Origin: Candidatus Zixiibacteriota bacterium
GTDB taxonomy: Bacteria; Zixibacteria; MSB-5A5; GN15; JAAZOE01
Direction of reading: 5' to 3'
Assembly (NCBI GenBank): GCA_043819555.1
Contig: JBDREQ010000067.1
Coordinates: forward strand, 1 to 63,232
DNA: 63,232 nucleotides
In this document: piece by piece, positions 22,799 to 33,757 of the stretch
Layout: each line of letters opens with the position of its first letter
Numbering within the stretch: the stretch's first letter is position 1
The notes under the pieces: model-generated
Databases searched by the model: none
Seen by the model: the letters and a program-made list of their open reading frames with translations, nothing else
Told to the model about the DNA's origin: nothing
Program-made: the position numbers and the translations under genes

Positions 22799-25700
22799 TT
22801 AAAAACATCCCGGTGGGGGACCGCCTTTGAAGACAGTATTTATTATATATACCGCATCGCCGACATTGACCGCTCCATCGCAATTGGCGTCGCCCGATTC
22901 CCTTGGTTCCGGAGATGGACCGCCTTTGAATATATTGTTAATGAGGTAAACCGCATCCCCAATGTTGATCACCCAATCGCCGTTCGCATCACCGAGAATA
23001 AACTGATTTTCACTGCCCGATAGCGTAACTTCGCCGTAGGCATTCTTAAGTTCAGCGTCGCCGGTAAATTTCCAACTGACCATGTACCCGAATGTGCTCG
23101 TATCGGCAATAATACCATAGGAGTCTATAAACTGCGAAGAGGAGACATCAATTTGCACAACATCACCGACAAAGTCGGGATGTGATGATATTATGCTCAC
23201 GGAATAAGGCAAAACTGTTCCATTTACCTTGATTTCCACTTGTTCCACATCGGACGCCGTCAGACCCTCTCCAAAATTTCCCAAATAAACGGCGATATAC
23301 TCCGGGGCGCTCTCGGCATGAACCGTATCCGGATCAATAATCGTCACTCCCGAAGGTCCTTCCGACAAAAGTTCCGTCACCGCGGTTTGCAAAGCCAGGG
23401 CAGCTGAAGCCGGTTCCATAAACGTCAAAGGAAACTCAAAGAAGATATATTTGTAATTGTTACTTAGATTTCGCCATGCGATCGGTTGCCCCTCATAATA
23501 AGAATTATGGCGCGAATCATAAGTATAAATTACTTCATAATCGCTGCCGGTCAAAGAGGCATAAGTCGGGCAGGGAATCCCGGCGCAATGCTGCCAGGGG
23601 GCTGAATGATGGACTGTCGCCAGTGAATCCCAAACCAGTTCCGGATACCCGTCGGCGACGGTGTGTGCACCGACCAGGTCGGAATAAAAGGCAGTGGCAT
23701 CAAACATCGTTAATAACTGTTTGCGGGTATTTATATTAAACCTGGAACGATAAGCGTAATCCGGTTTACCGGGGGAAAACGATATTATATTTTCACCGGT
23801 ATTAATATTTATATCACCCCACCTTCCAAAAATTATCACCCGACCCCCGGTGGACATGTAATCATCAATATCTTCCAGTATCCCGCCCGAAATATCCGGC
23901 CAGCCAAAATCGTCGGTGCGGGCCGCTTCTCCGCCCAAAACAATCAACTCATAATCAAGAAGATCCTCAAGACCGATATTATCGGGATAAGCAGTATAGG
24001 CCGAGTCCGATATATAATCAAAATCAAATCCGGCAAGGGCATCGCGCATGAACTGACCGGTCATAGCAGCATCGACAATGTAAGCCGAGGTATAATTCGA
24101 CCTGTTCACTACCAGCATCTTCCCCGGTTCCAGAGTGGCGGCCCGGCTGACAACAGGGTCAATACCGGTTGTATCCGAAATATTACCCTCGTTATCGACT
24201 GCAACGACATGATATGAATGATACATATCACCAAGCGAAAAATTGTCATCGAGCCAATTATCGCCACTGATATGATCCGGTAAAATAACTTCGTCCCGGA
24301 TTATGGCATAATGACTGAAATCCATTTCGTAATTATTGGTCCTCCAATTCAATTGAATTGAGTGATACCCGGGTTGTGCGGCAAGCTGCTGTGGCGGGCG
24401 CGGTAAAAAATATGGAGTCTGAGTTACAACATCGCTCACCAGCGAAGCCTGACTTGAATGATTAACAGAAAAGACCGTAATTTCATACTCCGCGCCTTCG
24501 ACCAAGCCGGAGAGGACATACGTTGACGTATTGCCAGGAACATAGACATAACCGAAATCCGAAATCGTTGTGGAATTATAGTTTACTTTATATGATTCAA
24601 TTTCAGAGGGGTTGCCCTCAACCCAATTAACCTGCAATGATTGTCCATCGCCGACATCCAGTACTGAGGTTATGGCAACCGGAAAGGGAAGTTTATCAAT
24701 ACTGTATCCTGTGGCAGCAACCAATTGAACCATGCGCGACATGTATTCAAAATCCATATAACTAGTGCTATCTCGAAAGGAATGATAAATCGTAGAGAAT
24801 ATATGTTCCGCGGCAAAAATCGCTTCATAGCCTGCCTGTAAAAAAGGATAATGGTCTGAATTTGCGCCAGCCGTTTCCAGATGTCCTCGTAAATTCGTAA
24901 GTGGCTGTCCCAAATCTTCCATCAAAAGAGCGTATCCGGTGTTATCACCATGACCGATATCTAAGTCCCAATGGTTTTCGTAATACCCAATCATATCCAT
25001 ATTAAGCATGCAAATTATGCTATCCCCATTTGCTTGGGCGCTATAGGCATAATCATAAGCCCCGAGAAGCCCTTCTTCTTCAGCGTCAAAAAGAGCAAAA
25101 ACAATCGTCATCTCCATTTCGAGATCATATAATATCCGTGCGATTTCCAACACTCCGGCCGTCCCGGAACCATTATCATCAGCCCCCGGTGAACCCGGTA
25201 CGGCATCAAAATGAGCCCCAAAGACAATCTGCCGATTGGGATAAACCGATCCGGGTTTTACCGCTACAACATTGAAACACTCACGGTAATAACCATAAAC
25301 ATATTCATAAAAACTCGGTATTGTCACATCAGCATATCCAAATTCAATAAATTTATCTCTAATCCAATCTCGGGAGGCCCGATTTGAAGCGGTTCCGGCG
25401 ACTCGGTTATAAGATTGAAGCTGGTTTACAAAAGAATTGCATGAATCTTCTTCAACCAGACTAATGAGTGAATCCAGGCCAATTTCCTGTAACACAAATG
25501 ATGGATTGTAGGCGCGGGGAGGTTTGAAAAATATTTTCAAGCCTTTATTGTTAATCGGGTGCATATTTTTTCTATCACCGGGAGCTAAGGATTTGAAATT
25601 ATCGACCCGCAAAATACGCAATCCGCCGATTTCAAAAACTACCTGAAATTTATCTGCATTTGATTTATCCAAACTGTTGTCATAAACCATGTCATCTTTA

Positions 25701-25939
25701 ATTATTCCCGCGGCCAAAAATTGAGCTTTGAGGCCGCTCTGTAAAAGTAATACTGAAGATGATTTATTGGTCTGGACAATATATTCGTTACCGATTCTGA
25801 CTAAAGGTTCAATATCCAAAGAGATTAGAAGATCAGCATCGACCTGATTTTCAAGGGTAACCTTATATATATCTCCACAAATGCCAATTGAGGCAAATCC
25901 TATAATTAGCACGGCTGCAATTATTAATGAGTTACGCAT
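22799..25939 (-). CDS. Secreted M28 peptidase with FN3 domains and C-terminal dockerin-type domain
   Basis: Signal peptide from MRNSLII (25939); GAHFD, GADDNGSG, AEEEGLLG, NMDMIG, SDH, YHS; two GDAN.D...N.GDAVY.IN..FKGGP repeats. Confidence 0.9.
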   Translation of the reverse strand: MRNSLIIAAVLIIGFASIGICGDIYKVTLENQVDADLLISLDIEPLVRIGNEYIVQTNKSSSVLLLQSGLKAQFLAAGIIKDDMVYDNSLDKSNADKFQVVFEIGGLRILRVDNFKSLAPGDRKNMHPINNKGLKIFFKPPRAYNPSFVLQEIGLDSLISLVEEDSCNSFVNQLQSYNRVAGTASNRASRDWIRDKFIEFGYADVTIPSFYEYVYGYYRECFNVVAVKPGSVYPNRQIVFGAHFDAVPGSPGADDNGSGTAGVLEIARILYDLEMEMTIVFALFDAEEEGLLGAYDYAYSAQANGDSIICMLNMDMIGYYENHWDLDIGHGDNTGYALLMEDLGQPLTNLRGHLETAGANSDHYPFLQAGYEAIFAAEHIFSTIYHSFRDSTSYMDFEYMSRMVQLVAATGYSIDKLPFPVAITSVLDVGDGQSLQVNWVEGNPSEIESYKVNYNSTTISDFGYVYVPGNTSTYVLSGLVEGAEYEITVFSVNHSSQASLVSDVVTQTPYFLPRPPQQLAAQPGYHSIQLNWRTNNYEMDFSHYAIIRDEVILPDHISGDNWLDDNFSLGDMYHSYHVVAVDNEGNISDTTGIDPVVSRAATLEPGKMLVVNRSNYTSAYIVDAAMTGQFMRDALAGFDFDYISDSAYTAYPDNIGLEDLLDYELIVLGGEAARTDDFGWPDISGGILEDIDDYMSTGGRVIIFGRWGDININTGENIISFSPGKPDYAYRSRFNINTRKQLLTMFDATAFYSDLVGAHTVADGYPELVWDSLATVHHSAPWQHCAGIPCPTYASLTGSDYEVIYTYDSRHNSYYEGQPIAWRNLSNNYKYIFFEFPLTFMEPASAALALQTAVTELLSEGPSGVTIIDPDTVHAESAPEYIAVYLGNFGEGLTASDVEQVEIKVNGTVLPYSVSIISSHPDFVGDVVQIDVSSSQFIDSYGIIADTSTFGYMVSWKFTGDAELKNAYGEVTLSGSENQFILGDANGDWVINIGDAVYLINNIFKGGPSPEPRESGDANCDGAVNVGDAVYIINTVFKGGPPPGCF

Positions 25940-26095
25940 ATCCAGCTCCCTAATATAAGTAGTAAAGGCGGTGAGGTATCTAATCCTTAAATATACTCTA
26001 TTTATTGCGTATGTAAATAGCAAAAATGTTGCTTTGCTTTTGTCATTACTTTTTCTTTAATTCCGTAAACCTAAAAAATAATATATAGGCTAAAT

Positions 26096-28519
26096 ATGAA
26101 AAAATTCGGCTGGATAGCAGGTATTTTCGTTGCCCTGATAATCTCAATTTGCGGAGGAATGTACTTCTTCCTCAGATCAACCCTGCCTGAATATAACGGA
26201 ACCATAATTATTGATGGAATTGAGGATGAAATTGAAATAATCCGCGATTCTTTCGGCATGCCTCATATTTATGCTAAAAATGACAATGATGCCGGTTTTG
26301 CCCTTGGCTATTGTACGGCTCAGGACAGGCTTTTTCAAATGGAAATGATCCGGCGCGCCGTCAAAGGAAAACTGTCTGAAGTTATTGGCCCTGAAACTGT
26401 TGAAGTCGATCGTCTATTCCGCCTGATTACTTCGGGAAAATCAATTGAGGAGAAATTCGAGTTATTGCCTAATGAAGTAAAAAATATGATGACCGCCTAT
26501 GCCGATGGCGTTAATCATTTTATTAATAATCCCGACGCCAATTTCCCGATTGAGTTTTCTCTTATCGGATTTCAGCCCGAGCTCTGGGAACCAGCCGATG
26601 AATTATGCGTCATTTATTACATGGCCTGGACGCTTAATTTCTCTTTTGATATCGAATTGACTTATGAGGCGGTTAAAAATAAAGTCGGTCAGGAATTGGC
26701 AGATGAAATATTTATTGATTATCCCAAAGGCGCACCGACCATTTTGCCGGGCCAATTCAATTTAACCGGCGCCAATAGATTCCTGAAAACAATCCGAGCC
26801 GCTCGAGACCTGACGGGTATGCCGTTTCGAGGAGGAAGCAATAACTGGGTCATAGCGGGAAAGAAATCAAAGACCGGTATGCCGATTCTGGCCAATGATA
26901 TGCATCTTGGCCTCGGCGCCCCTGGAATCTGGTATGAAGCTCATCTGAATACACCCAATTTGAATGTGTCCGGAGTCTGCCTGCCCGGTGTGCCGCTTAT
27001 AGTCGCCGGAGCCAATGACAATATTGCCTGGGGTTTCACCAATGTTATGGCCGACGATGCCGACTATTATCTTGAAAAAATAAATCCGGCTAATGGCAGC
27101 CAGTGCGAATACGACAACCAATGGCTGGAGATATCAGGGCGTGAAGATACTATTTTCATCGCCAATGATTCTCCCGTTGTGATAAATATCCGTCACACGG
27201 GGCATGGCGTAATAATTGATGATATTATTGAGGACACCTTCTGGAAACATGCCGACACTTCTTATTCAATCGCGATGCGCTGGACTTTGGATGATTTTAA
27301 TGACGAACCGACCGCTTTTTACCATCTCAATCGCGCAGCTAATATTGATGATATTGAAGCCGCGGTCAAGTTATACAAATGCCCGGGGCAGAATTGGGTA
27401 TATGCCGACAGGGAGGGAAATATCGGATACTGGGCGGCGGTTGGGATCCCGATTAGAGACGGATTTGACGGCTCTCGAATACTGCGTGGCTGGAATAGCA
27501 AAAACGATTGGGCCGGATATGTCGAAACAAAAAACCAACCCCATATCAGAAATCCTGAAATCGGATGGATCGCGACAGCCAACAACAAAACCGTTAGCGA
27601 CGATTACCCCTATTATATTTCACAATCATTCGCCCCTCCCGACAGGTATGTTCGCATCCAAAATCTATTAAATAGCAAAGAAAAATTGGGTATTGATGAC
27701 ATTAAGGCCATGCACGCCGATAATTATATGATCGCCGGTGAAAAATGGACTCCCCAGATTATTGCCGCAGTAGCCGGTAAATCGCTTAAAGAATTTGAGA
27801 CTGAGGCCCTTGATAATCTGAACAACTGGAATTATCGCACTGACAAAAACAGTATTGGGTCATCTGTTTTTCACGCAATTCTGCAATTTATCGTCGAAAA
27901 CATATTTCGCGAGAGAATAGGCGATGATTTATATTTCTACTATTTGTCGCATAATAATTTTGGAGTGCACAAGGCGCTGCACTCTCTTCTTGATAATCCA
28001 ATCTCAAAATGGTTTGATAATCCTCAAACGGAAATCGAAGAAAACAGGGATGATGTATATCGCAGGAGTTTTTCACAGGGCGTTGAATTTCTAAAAAACA
28101 ATCTGGGCGATGATATAGAACAATGGCAATGGAGCCATCTGCATTCTTTAACGTTTTATAATTCCGTCGGTCGCAATATTCCTATTTTAAAAAACTGGAT
28201 GAATATCGGACCATTTCCGGTCGGAGGCAGCTCTCACACGGTCAACCCCGCCCTATATAGCCTGCTCAATCCCTGGGAACCTCTGGCGGGGGCTTCTCAT
28301 CGGCATATTTTTGATTTGGGAAATACGAAAAACTCTTTACGCATAATTCCCTGCGGTATCTCGGGAAATTTCATGAGTCACCATTATGACGATCAGGTTA
28401 ATCTGTGGCTGAACGTCGATTATCGGTCGTTTCAAATTGACCGGGAAGATATTGTAGAGGGTGCCGCTTACAAACTTACCTTGGTACCTCGGACAAATAT
28501 AGATAGTACTAAAAATTGA
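26096..28519 (+). CDS. Penicillin acylase family (Ntn hydrolase, S45)
   Basis: N-terminal TM anchor, RD..GMPHIYA, AQDRLFQM, GSNNW autoprocessing site, LANDMHL, ATANN. Confidence 0.93.
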   Translation: MKKFGWIAGIFVALIISICGGMYFFLRSTLPEYNGTIIIDGIEDEIEIIRDSFGMPHIYAKNDNDAGFALGYCTAQDRLFQMEMIRRAVKGKLSEVIGPETVEVDRLFRLITSGKSIEEKFELLPNEVKNMMTAYADGVNHFINNPDANFPIEFSLIGFQPELWEPADELCVIYYMAWTLNFSFDIELTYEAVKNKVGQELADEIFIDYPKGAPTILPGQFNLTGANRFLKTIRAARDLTGMPFRGGSNNWVIAGKKSKTGMPILANDMHLGLGAPGIWYEAHLNTPNLNVSGVCLPGVPLIVAGANDNIAWGFTNVMADDADYYLEKINPANGSQCEYDNQWLEISGREDTIFIANDSPVVINIRHTGHGVIIDDIIEDTFWKHADTSYSIAMRWTLDDFNDEPTAFYHLNRAANIDDIEAAVKLYKCPGQNWVYADREGNIGYWAAVGIPIRDGFDGSRILRGWNSKNDWAGYVETKNQPHIRNPEIGWIATANNKTVSDDYPYYISQSFAPPDRYVRIQNLLNSKEKLGIDDIKAMHADNYMIAGEKWTPQIIAAVAGKSLKEFETEALDNLNNWNYRTDKNSIGSSVFHAILQFIVENIFRERIGDDLYFYYLSHNNFGVHKALHSLLDNPISKWFDNPQTEIEENRDDVYRRSFSQGVEFLKNNLGDDIEQWQWSHLHSLTFYNSVGRNIPILKNWMNIGPFPVGGSSHTVNPALYSLLNPWEPLAGASHRHIFDLGNTKNSLRIIPCGISGNFMSHHYDDQVNLWLNVDYRSFQIDREDIVEGAAYKLTLVPRTNIDSTKN

Positions 28520-28569
28520 CATTGGCGAGCGTTTTGCTATATTTGACTATCAAAAAGAGGATATAAAAG

Positions 28570-29640
28570 ATGAACAACAGATGCTATCTGGCTGCCCTTT
28601 TAATATTGTTTGCCTTATGTTTGAGCTCAACTACATACGGTCAGGAACAGAGCGATACAGACGAAAACATAAACGATACTTTTGCGCCATCGGAAGAAGG
28701 GTACGAACCTCATGCATTGATTGATTCAAATGCAATCGCCGCTCAATCTGAAGTGCCCTCCTCACCCCCGACTTTCTGGGATTTCATAACTTCAGGTAAA
28801 TATATCACTTTTATAATTCTAATGGTAGCAGGATTGATAATCCTATTCACCAAATGGATAAATTACTGGATACGCCTCGGAGCAATGGTTGTCATTTTTA
28901 TACTATTCGGGCTCGATTATTTCTTTCCCCTTCATCCCAGCCCGATGTGCGGCGTAACCAAATTGTTTATGTTCAAAATCACGATGGGCAAGTTTTTCCC
29001 GGCTTTTCTGGCAATGTTTGCGGCGATAATGATTCCCAGCTTAATCGGAAGAAAACTATTTTGCGGTTGGGTTTGCCCTCTGGGAGCGTTTCAGGAACTT
29101 ATCAATAAAATACCGCATAAGTTCAAATGGAAAAATTTCAATTTCACCGCTTTCAATACGGTCCGGATATCTCTTTTAATTATGTTCTTTTTGACTTTCT
29201 TTTACGTCCGCGATCTTTTTATCGGCTTGGGGCAGCAAATCGAAATGAATCCGTTTATTGGCGTCTGGCCCGCGTTTTCCGCGCATAGCATATATGATCC
29301 GATAAACTTCTTTGAACTTTTGCACTGGTCGGTCGATACGACTTTCATTGTCCTGATGTCTATTCTTGTAATATCATCATTTATTATTTATCGCCCGTTT
29401 TGCTATTTAATTTGCCCTATCGGAGTGTTGACCTGGTTTTTGGAAAAAATATCATTGGGCAAAATCAAAATTGATTACAACGCCTGCAACGAGTGCGGTA
29501 TTTGTGAAGATGAGTGCCCTTGCCCCACGATTAAGCCTATGCGGGAAAACACAAGCAAGGCTCTCCCTGATTGTACCTCCTGCGGAGAATGCATAAAGGC
29601 TTGTCCGGAAGATGCGATTCAATTTAAGTTCTTGAAATAA
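28570..29640 (+). CDS. Membrane 4Fe-4S binding protein (NapH/FixG-like)
   Basis: FCGWVCPLG, FCYLICPIG, C..C..C...CP and CTSCGECIKACP; several TM helices. Confidence 0.85.
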   Translation: MNNRCYLAALLILFALCLSSTTYGQEQSDTDENINDTFAPSEEGYEPHALIDSNAIAAQSEVPSSPPTFWDFITSGKYITFIILMVAGLIILFTKWINYWIRLGAMVVIFILFGLDYFFPLHPSPMCGVTKLFMFKITMGKFFPAFLAMFAAIMIPSLIGRKLFCGWVCPLGAFQELINKIPHKFKWKNFNFTAFNTVRISLLIMFFLTFFYVRDLFIGLGQQIEMNPFIGVWPAFSAHSIYDPINFFELLHWSVDTTFIVLMSILVISSFIIYRPFCYLICPIGVLTWFLEKISLGKIKIDYNACNECGICEDECPCPTIKPMRENTSKALPDCTSCGECIKACPEDAIQFKFLK

Positions 29641-29656
29641 GAGGCGAGAATATGAA

Positions 29657-30088
29657 TCAATTATCGGTCAACTGCGCCAGCATTTTATCTTCATAACGCT
29701 TCATGGCTCTATTAACGGAATTCACAAGCCTCTTTTTCTCAACAGGTTTTGCGATAAAATCGCTTGCCCCGTATTTAAAAGCTTCCAGGGCATATTCAAG
29801 CGAGGTAAAAGCGGTCAGTATTATTACTTCTTCCGCACGCTCTTCATCATGAATTTTCTTCAAAATATCTATGCCGGAAAATCCCGGCATTTCAATTTCG
29901 GTTATTATGACGCTAAATGCTTCACGGGATAATATCTCGGGTACTTCAAGAGCATTATGAGTCGTTTTGATCCGGTAAGAACTTCCCTCTTCAATGACTT
30001 GTTCCAATAATTTAAGCATATGTACTTCTGAGTCAATCGCCAAAATTGTTCGCTTCATATCTAATTTCATGTTCTTCGCCCTGTCCAA
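29657..30088 (-). CDS. Single-domain receiver protein, atypical (phosphoacceptor Asp replaced by Glu)
   Basis: ILAIDSE, IITEIEMPGFSG, ILTA, GASDFIAKP; start may be 30070 or 30058. Confidence 0.85.
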   Translation of the reverse strand: MDRAKNMKLDMKRTILAIDSEVHMLKLLEQVIEEGSSYRIKTTHNALEVPEILSREAFSVIITEIEMPGFSGIDILKKIHDEERAEEVIILTAFTSLEYALEAFKYGASDFIAKPVEKKRLVNSVNRAMKRYEDKMLAQLTDN

Positions 30089-30116
30089 AAGTCTCGACTT
30101 TATAATAACTCCAAAC

Positions 30117-32639
30117 CTATTCTAATCCCAGCTTTTTTATAAAGTCCCGGGTGTACCATTCCGCAACGGCATCATTGGAAAGCGCCATATCCAGCTGTTT
30201 GGTTTTCATTGTCAGGCGCCCTAATAAAAACAATTTTTCATCAATTTCCTTTTTATCCTGATACGATACCCCCGCATTCAAGAAATCTCCTTTTTTCTGC
30301 TGAGAGAATCCTATGTGCGACAAGATATTTTTCAGCAATTCTATTCTCCTGATTCTTCGGTCGAGAGTCGCGCCGCCGTCTTTGTATTGCATATGAATAT
30401 AATTATTTCCCATCTCGTCCGTTCGCATCGCCTCTACTGTCACAAAATGATACCCCATGCGCAGACTCAGCATCATATATTCACGCCCCAAAACCGCGAA
30501 ACTGAATTCAGAATAATCATTTGTAGTTTTGAGTGTCAATCCGGTTCCAAGGCCTCTGGTGAAAACTGGCAGAGGCGATTTAACCGGCCACCCTTCTGCC
30601 TTTATTCCCGCCCAGAAATTTCTCATGGGAGTCGCTTCAATATCTTTTTCAGTAATATATTTTTCTTTGACATCATCCGAAAGCCCGCGGTCAAGATAGA
30701 TTATGCTTATATCGACCGGAAGATCGCTTTTGAGTTTATATCCCAGCCATTCCTTACTTTCCATCTCCTGAGATCGACGAAACATCTCTTCCATCGATTT
30801 TTGATGAGCGAAACGAGTAATATCGTGGAAGGATATGCAATTTTCAGGGAGAAAATCATCTTCAGCCGGATGCAATAGTCTTAACGGAGTAACCAAATCA
30901 AGAACCCGATCAAGGACTCGATGAATTCCTGAATCCTCAAACAAATCATATTCCGGCTTCCGAGCCTTAACGATATCCTCGTGCTTTCCCGCATATATGG
31001 TTTTTTCCGTGGCATCAACGGTAACGATATGCCCCGATTTGAGCATTTTATATTCCGGTACCCCGGATATGGTCGGAACATGATATTCGCGGGCGATGGT
31101 CGCCATGTGACTTGCCAGGCCGCCTATCCGGGACACTATCGCGCTGACTTTGCTCATGATGGTTATCAGGCCGGGAAATGGATGATGAGTAATCAAAACG
31201 GCTCCCTCGGGGACATTCGGCAAATCATTAAACGAGGAGACATGATAAACCGGCCCTGCTCCCGCCCCCGGACAAACGGTGGTCCGGCCGATTACTATTT
31301 TTTTCTTATGAGCCGTATCCAGTTGTACGGCGTCTGATTTCAATCGGATAATTTGCAAAGGTCGCGACTGGAGTAAAAACAGTTTATCTTTATTATCAAT
31401 AGCCCATTCAATATCCTGCGGCATGCGGTAATGCTGTTCCAATTGTAACGCGTATTCGCGAAGTTCCTGCAAGTGCTTTTCCCCGATTGAGGGTTCCCTT
31501 TGTTCTTCTTCGGGAATTGCTTCTTCAATCGTACCCCCATCGTGAAGATTTATCAGACGAACAGGTTTTTTAGCAATGCGGGAATATAATATTTTCCCCT
31601 CGTCGCGCGATAACCGGAATTCATCGGGAGTCAGGCTGCCATTGACGAGGTATTTCCCAAGGCCGAATATGGAATTAACGATTATGGAATCATCCTTCGG
31701 ATCAATCGGATCGCGAGAATACACTACTCCGCTGGCCTTGGCATCAATCATGCTGACGCACCCAACACTCATTGCCAGTTCCGCCTCGGAAAGAGAATGA
31801 CTCAAAAAATAATAGATTGCCTGGGGCGTAAATTTGCTGGCCAGAATCTCGCGGTATTTGTCGATTAAATCTTCTTCCCGAACATTAAGATAGGACGCGT
31901 ATTGGCCCGCGAAACTAAAGAGCGTATCTTCGCCGATGGCGCTTGAGCGCATTGATATCATCCCATGTGACGTCCGCATAATTAGTTCACGGTAGCTCTG
32001 TAGAATACTGCTCACCAAATCAAGCGGAATCGGACTGGCGTTAATCATCTCTCGGATTTCGCCGCCTATGCGAACGAGATCATCATAACTCTTGATATCA
32101 AGAGAATCGATGCGGCGGCTAATGCGGGCCTGGAGATCGTTGGCGTCAACGAAATGCTGATAGGCGCGAGCGGTAATCGCAAATCCTTCCGGGACCGGCA
32201 TATTCAATCTGGATTTCATTTCACCCAATTGGGCATTTTTGCTTCCGACGCTGTAAGCTCTATTGCGATTCAGGCGATCAAATGAAACCGTCAGAGAATC
32301 TTTTTTAATAGTCTGTTGGCCGGGAAGAACGGTTTCCAATACCGAGTCGATTTCATTGAACCGCACGCGGAGGGATTCATATTCCGGTCCCCCCAACGCT
32401 ACCATTTTATTAATTATCTGGATAATCCCGTTGCGAATTTCGGTCAGGCATTCTCGAATATAATGGATATCAAACAGATATTCGCCCTGAGATTTTTCCT
32501 CCATATCTCCCATAATTCCCAGAACATTGTTATTCTGTTCCAGCAACCCGAGGAAAAGAGCGAAATTTTTCTGAATTGTCTGTAAATCAGAATTTGAATT
32601 TTCGCCGCTATCGAACTTATAGTTTTCAGTCTTATCCAT
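30117..32639 (-). CDS. PEP synthase/PPDK-like protein (ATP-grasp + phospho-His domain, no TIM barrel)
   Basis: VGSKNAQLGE, VPEGFAIT, RSSA..ED...SFAGQY, PQDIEWAI, LQSRP, GG.ASHMATIAREY..P; likely start MDKT at 32639. Confidence 0.85.
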   Translation of the reverse strand: MDKTENYKFDSGENSNSDLQTIQKNFALFLGLLEQNNNVLGIMGDMEEKSQGEYLFDIHYIRECLTEIRNGIIQIINKMVALGGPEYESLRVRFNEIDSVLETVLPGQQTIKKDSLTVSFDRLNRNRAYSVGSKNAQLGEMKSRLNMPVPEGFAITARAYQHFVDANDLQARISRRIDSLDIKSYDDLVRIGGEIREMINASPIPLDLVSSILQSYRELIMRTSHGMISMRSSAIGEDTLFSFAGQYASYLNVREEDLIDKYREILASKFTPQAIYYFLSHSLSEAELAMSVGCVSMIDAKASGVVYSRDPIDPKDDSIIVNSIFGLGKYLVNGSLTPDEFRLSRDEGKILYSRIAKKPVRLINLHDGGTIEEAIPEEEQREPSIGEKHLQELREYALQLEQHYRMPQDIEWAIDNKDKLFLLQSRPLQIIRLKSDAVQLDTAHKKKIVIGRTTVCPGAGAGPVYHVSSFNDLPNVPEGAVLITHHPFPGLITIMSKVSAIVSRIGGLASHMATIAREYHVPTISGVPEYKMLKSGHIVTVDATEKTIYAGKHEDIVKARKPEYDLFEDSGIHRVLDRVLDLVTPLRLLHPAEDDFLPENCISFHDITRFAHQKSMEEMFRRSQEMESKEWLGYKLKSDLPVDISIIYLDRGLSDDVKEKYITEKDIEATPMRNFWAGIKAEGWPVKSPLPVFTRGLGTGLTLKTTNDYSEFSFAVLGREYMMLSLRMGYHFVTVEAMRTDEMGNNYIHMQYKDGGATLDRRIRRIELLKNILSHIGFSQQKKGDFLNAGVSYQDKKEIDEKLFLLGRLTMKTKQLDMALSNDAVAEWYTRDFIKKLGLE

Positions 32640-32800
32640 TGTACCTATTAAATATATCGCCTCTTCATGCCGCCGTGTTAACAAAAACATAGCCTACTGC
32701 GGATTCAAAATCAAGGCTCTGACAGGCCGATTATAAATTGCAAAGACTGAGGCAATGTATTAATTTGGGTAATCACAACTCGGCTGAAGGACAAATTATT

Positions 32801-33757
32801 ATGAAACGTCGCGATTTTATTAAGAAAACCACACAAGCCGCAGCATTGGCGGCAGTCACCGGAACGACCGGATGGTTGTTTCACAACAGGAAAGTTTCTC
32901 CTGATGTAAAACTAAGTATTTCCAATATTGATTACCGAATTGACGATAATGCCGAACTGCCCAAAATCGTATTGGCTCGAAATGAAAACCACATTCAGGC
33001 CTTGCGTGCCGCGCTTGATAGTATCGGAGGGATAAAAAGATTTATACTGCCGGGCGACCGAGTAGTAATCAAACCGAATGTCGGATGGGATCGCGCCCCC
33101 GAACAGGCCGCCAATACAAATCCTCTATTGGTCGGAGAAATGGTCAGGCAATGCCTCACGGTCGGAGCTTCGCAAGTAATTGTCACTGATGTAACCTGCA
33201 ATCACGCTCCCCGCTGTTTTATCCGTTCCGGAATCCGAGAGGCGAGCGAAAGAGCTGGAGGCGTTGTCATGCTTCCGCGCGAAGAAGATTATATCCGGAC
33301 CGACATGGGAGGAAAACTCCTTACCGTCTGGCCGATTCTCAAACATTTTATCGAGACTGACAAATTGATCAATATGCCGATTGTCAAACACCATTCGCTA
33401 TCATCCTGTACGATTGGAATGAAAAATCTCTATGGTATTCTCGGAGGACGGCGCAATCAATTACATCAGGAGATTGACCAATCGATTGTCGATCTGGCCG
33501 CATACTGCAGACCGACTCTGACCGTTGTCGATGCCACGCGCGTTTTGATGCGAGGCGGTCCGACCGGAGGATCGCTCGATGATGTATCGCTTCAGCATTC
33601 GGTCATCTGCGCCACCGATACTGTTGCGGCCGATGCCCGTGGCGTAGAATTTCTGGGTATTGAACCTGATAAAATCGGCCATATCATTCTGGCAGAAAAA
33701 AGCGGACTGGGCACGATTGATTATCTCAGTGCCGGATATAAAGAGATTGCCGCATGA
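32801..33757 (+). CDS. DUF362 family protein with Tat signal
   Basis: MKRRDFIK twin-arginine start at 32801; GD.VVIKPN, NTNP, INMP..KHH, GMKNLYG, D.VAAD. Confidence 0.88.
   Translation: MKRRDFIKKTTQAAALAAVTGTTGWLFHNRKVSPDVKLSISNIDYRIDDNAELPKIVLARNENHIQALRAALDSIGGIKRFILPGDRVVIKPNVGWDRAPEQAANTNPLLVGEMVRQCLTVGASQVIVTDVTCNHAPRCFIRSGIREASERAGGVVMLPREEDYIRTDMGGKLLTVWPILKHFIETDKLINMPIVKHHSLSSCTIGMKNLYGILGGRRNQLHQEIDQSIVDLAAYCRPTLTVVDATRVLMRGGPTGGSLDDVSLQHSVICATDTVAADARGVEFLGIEPDKIGHIILAEKSGLGTIDYLSAGYKEIAA

Noticed and set aside
28241..28252. 12-nt match GTCAACCCCGCC to the tRNA-Asp 3' end, as a possible second att site
   Set aside because: It lies inside the intact penicillin acylase CDS and on the wrong side of the tRNA; most likely chance
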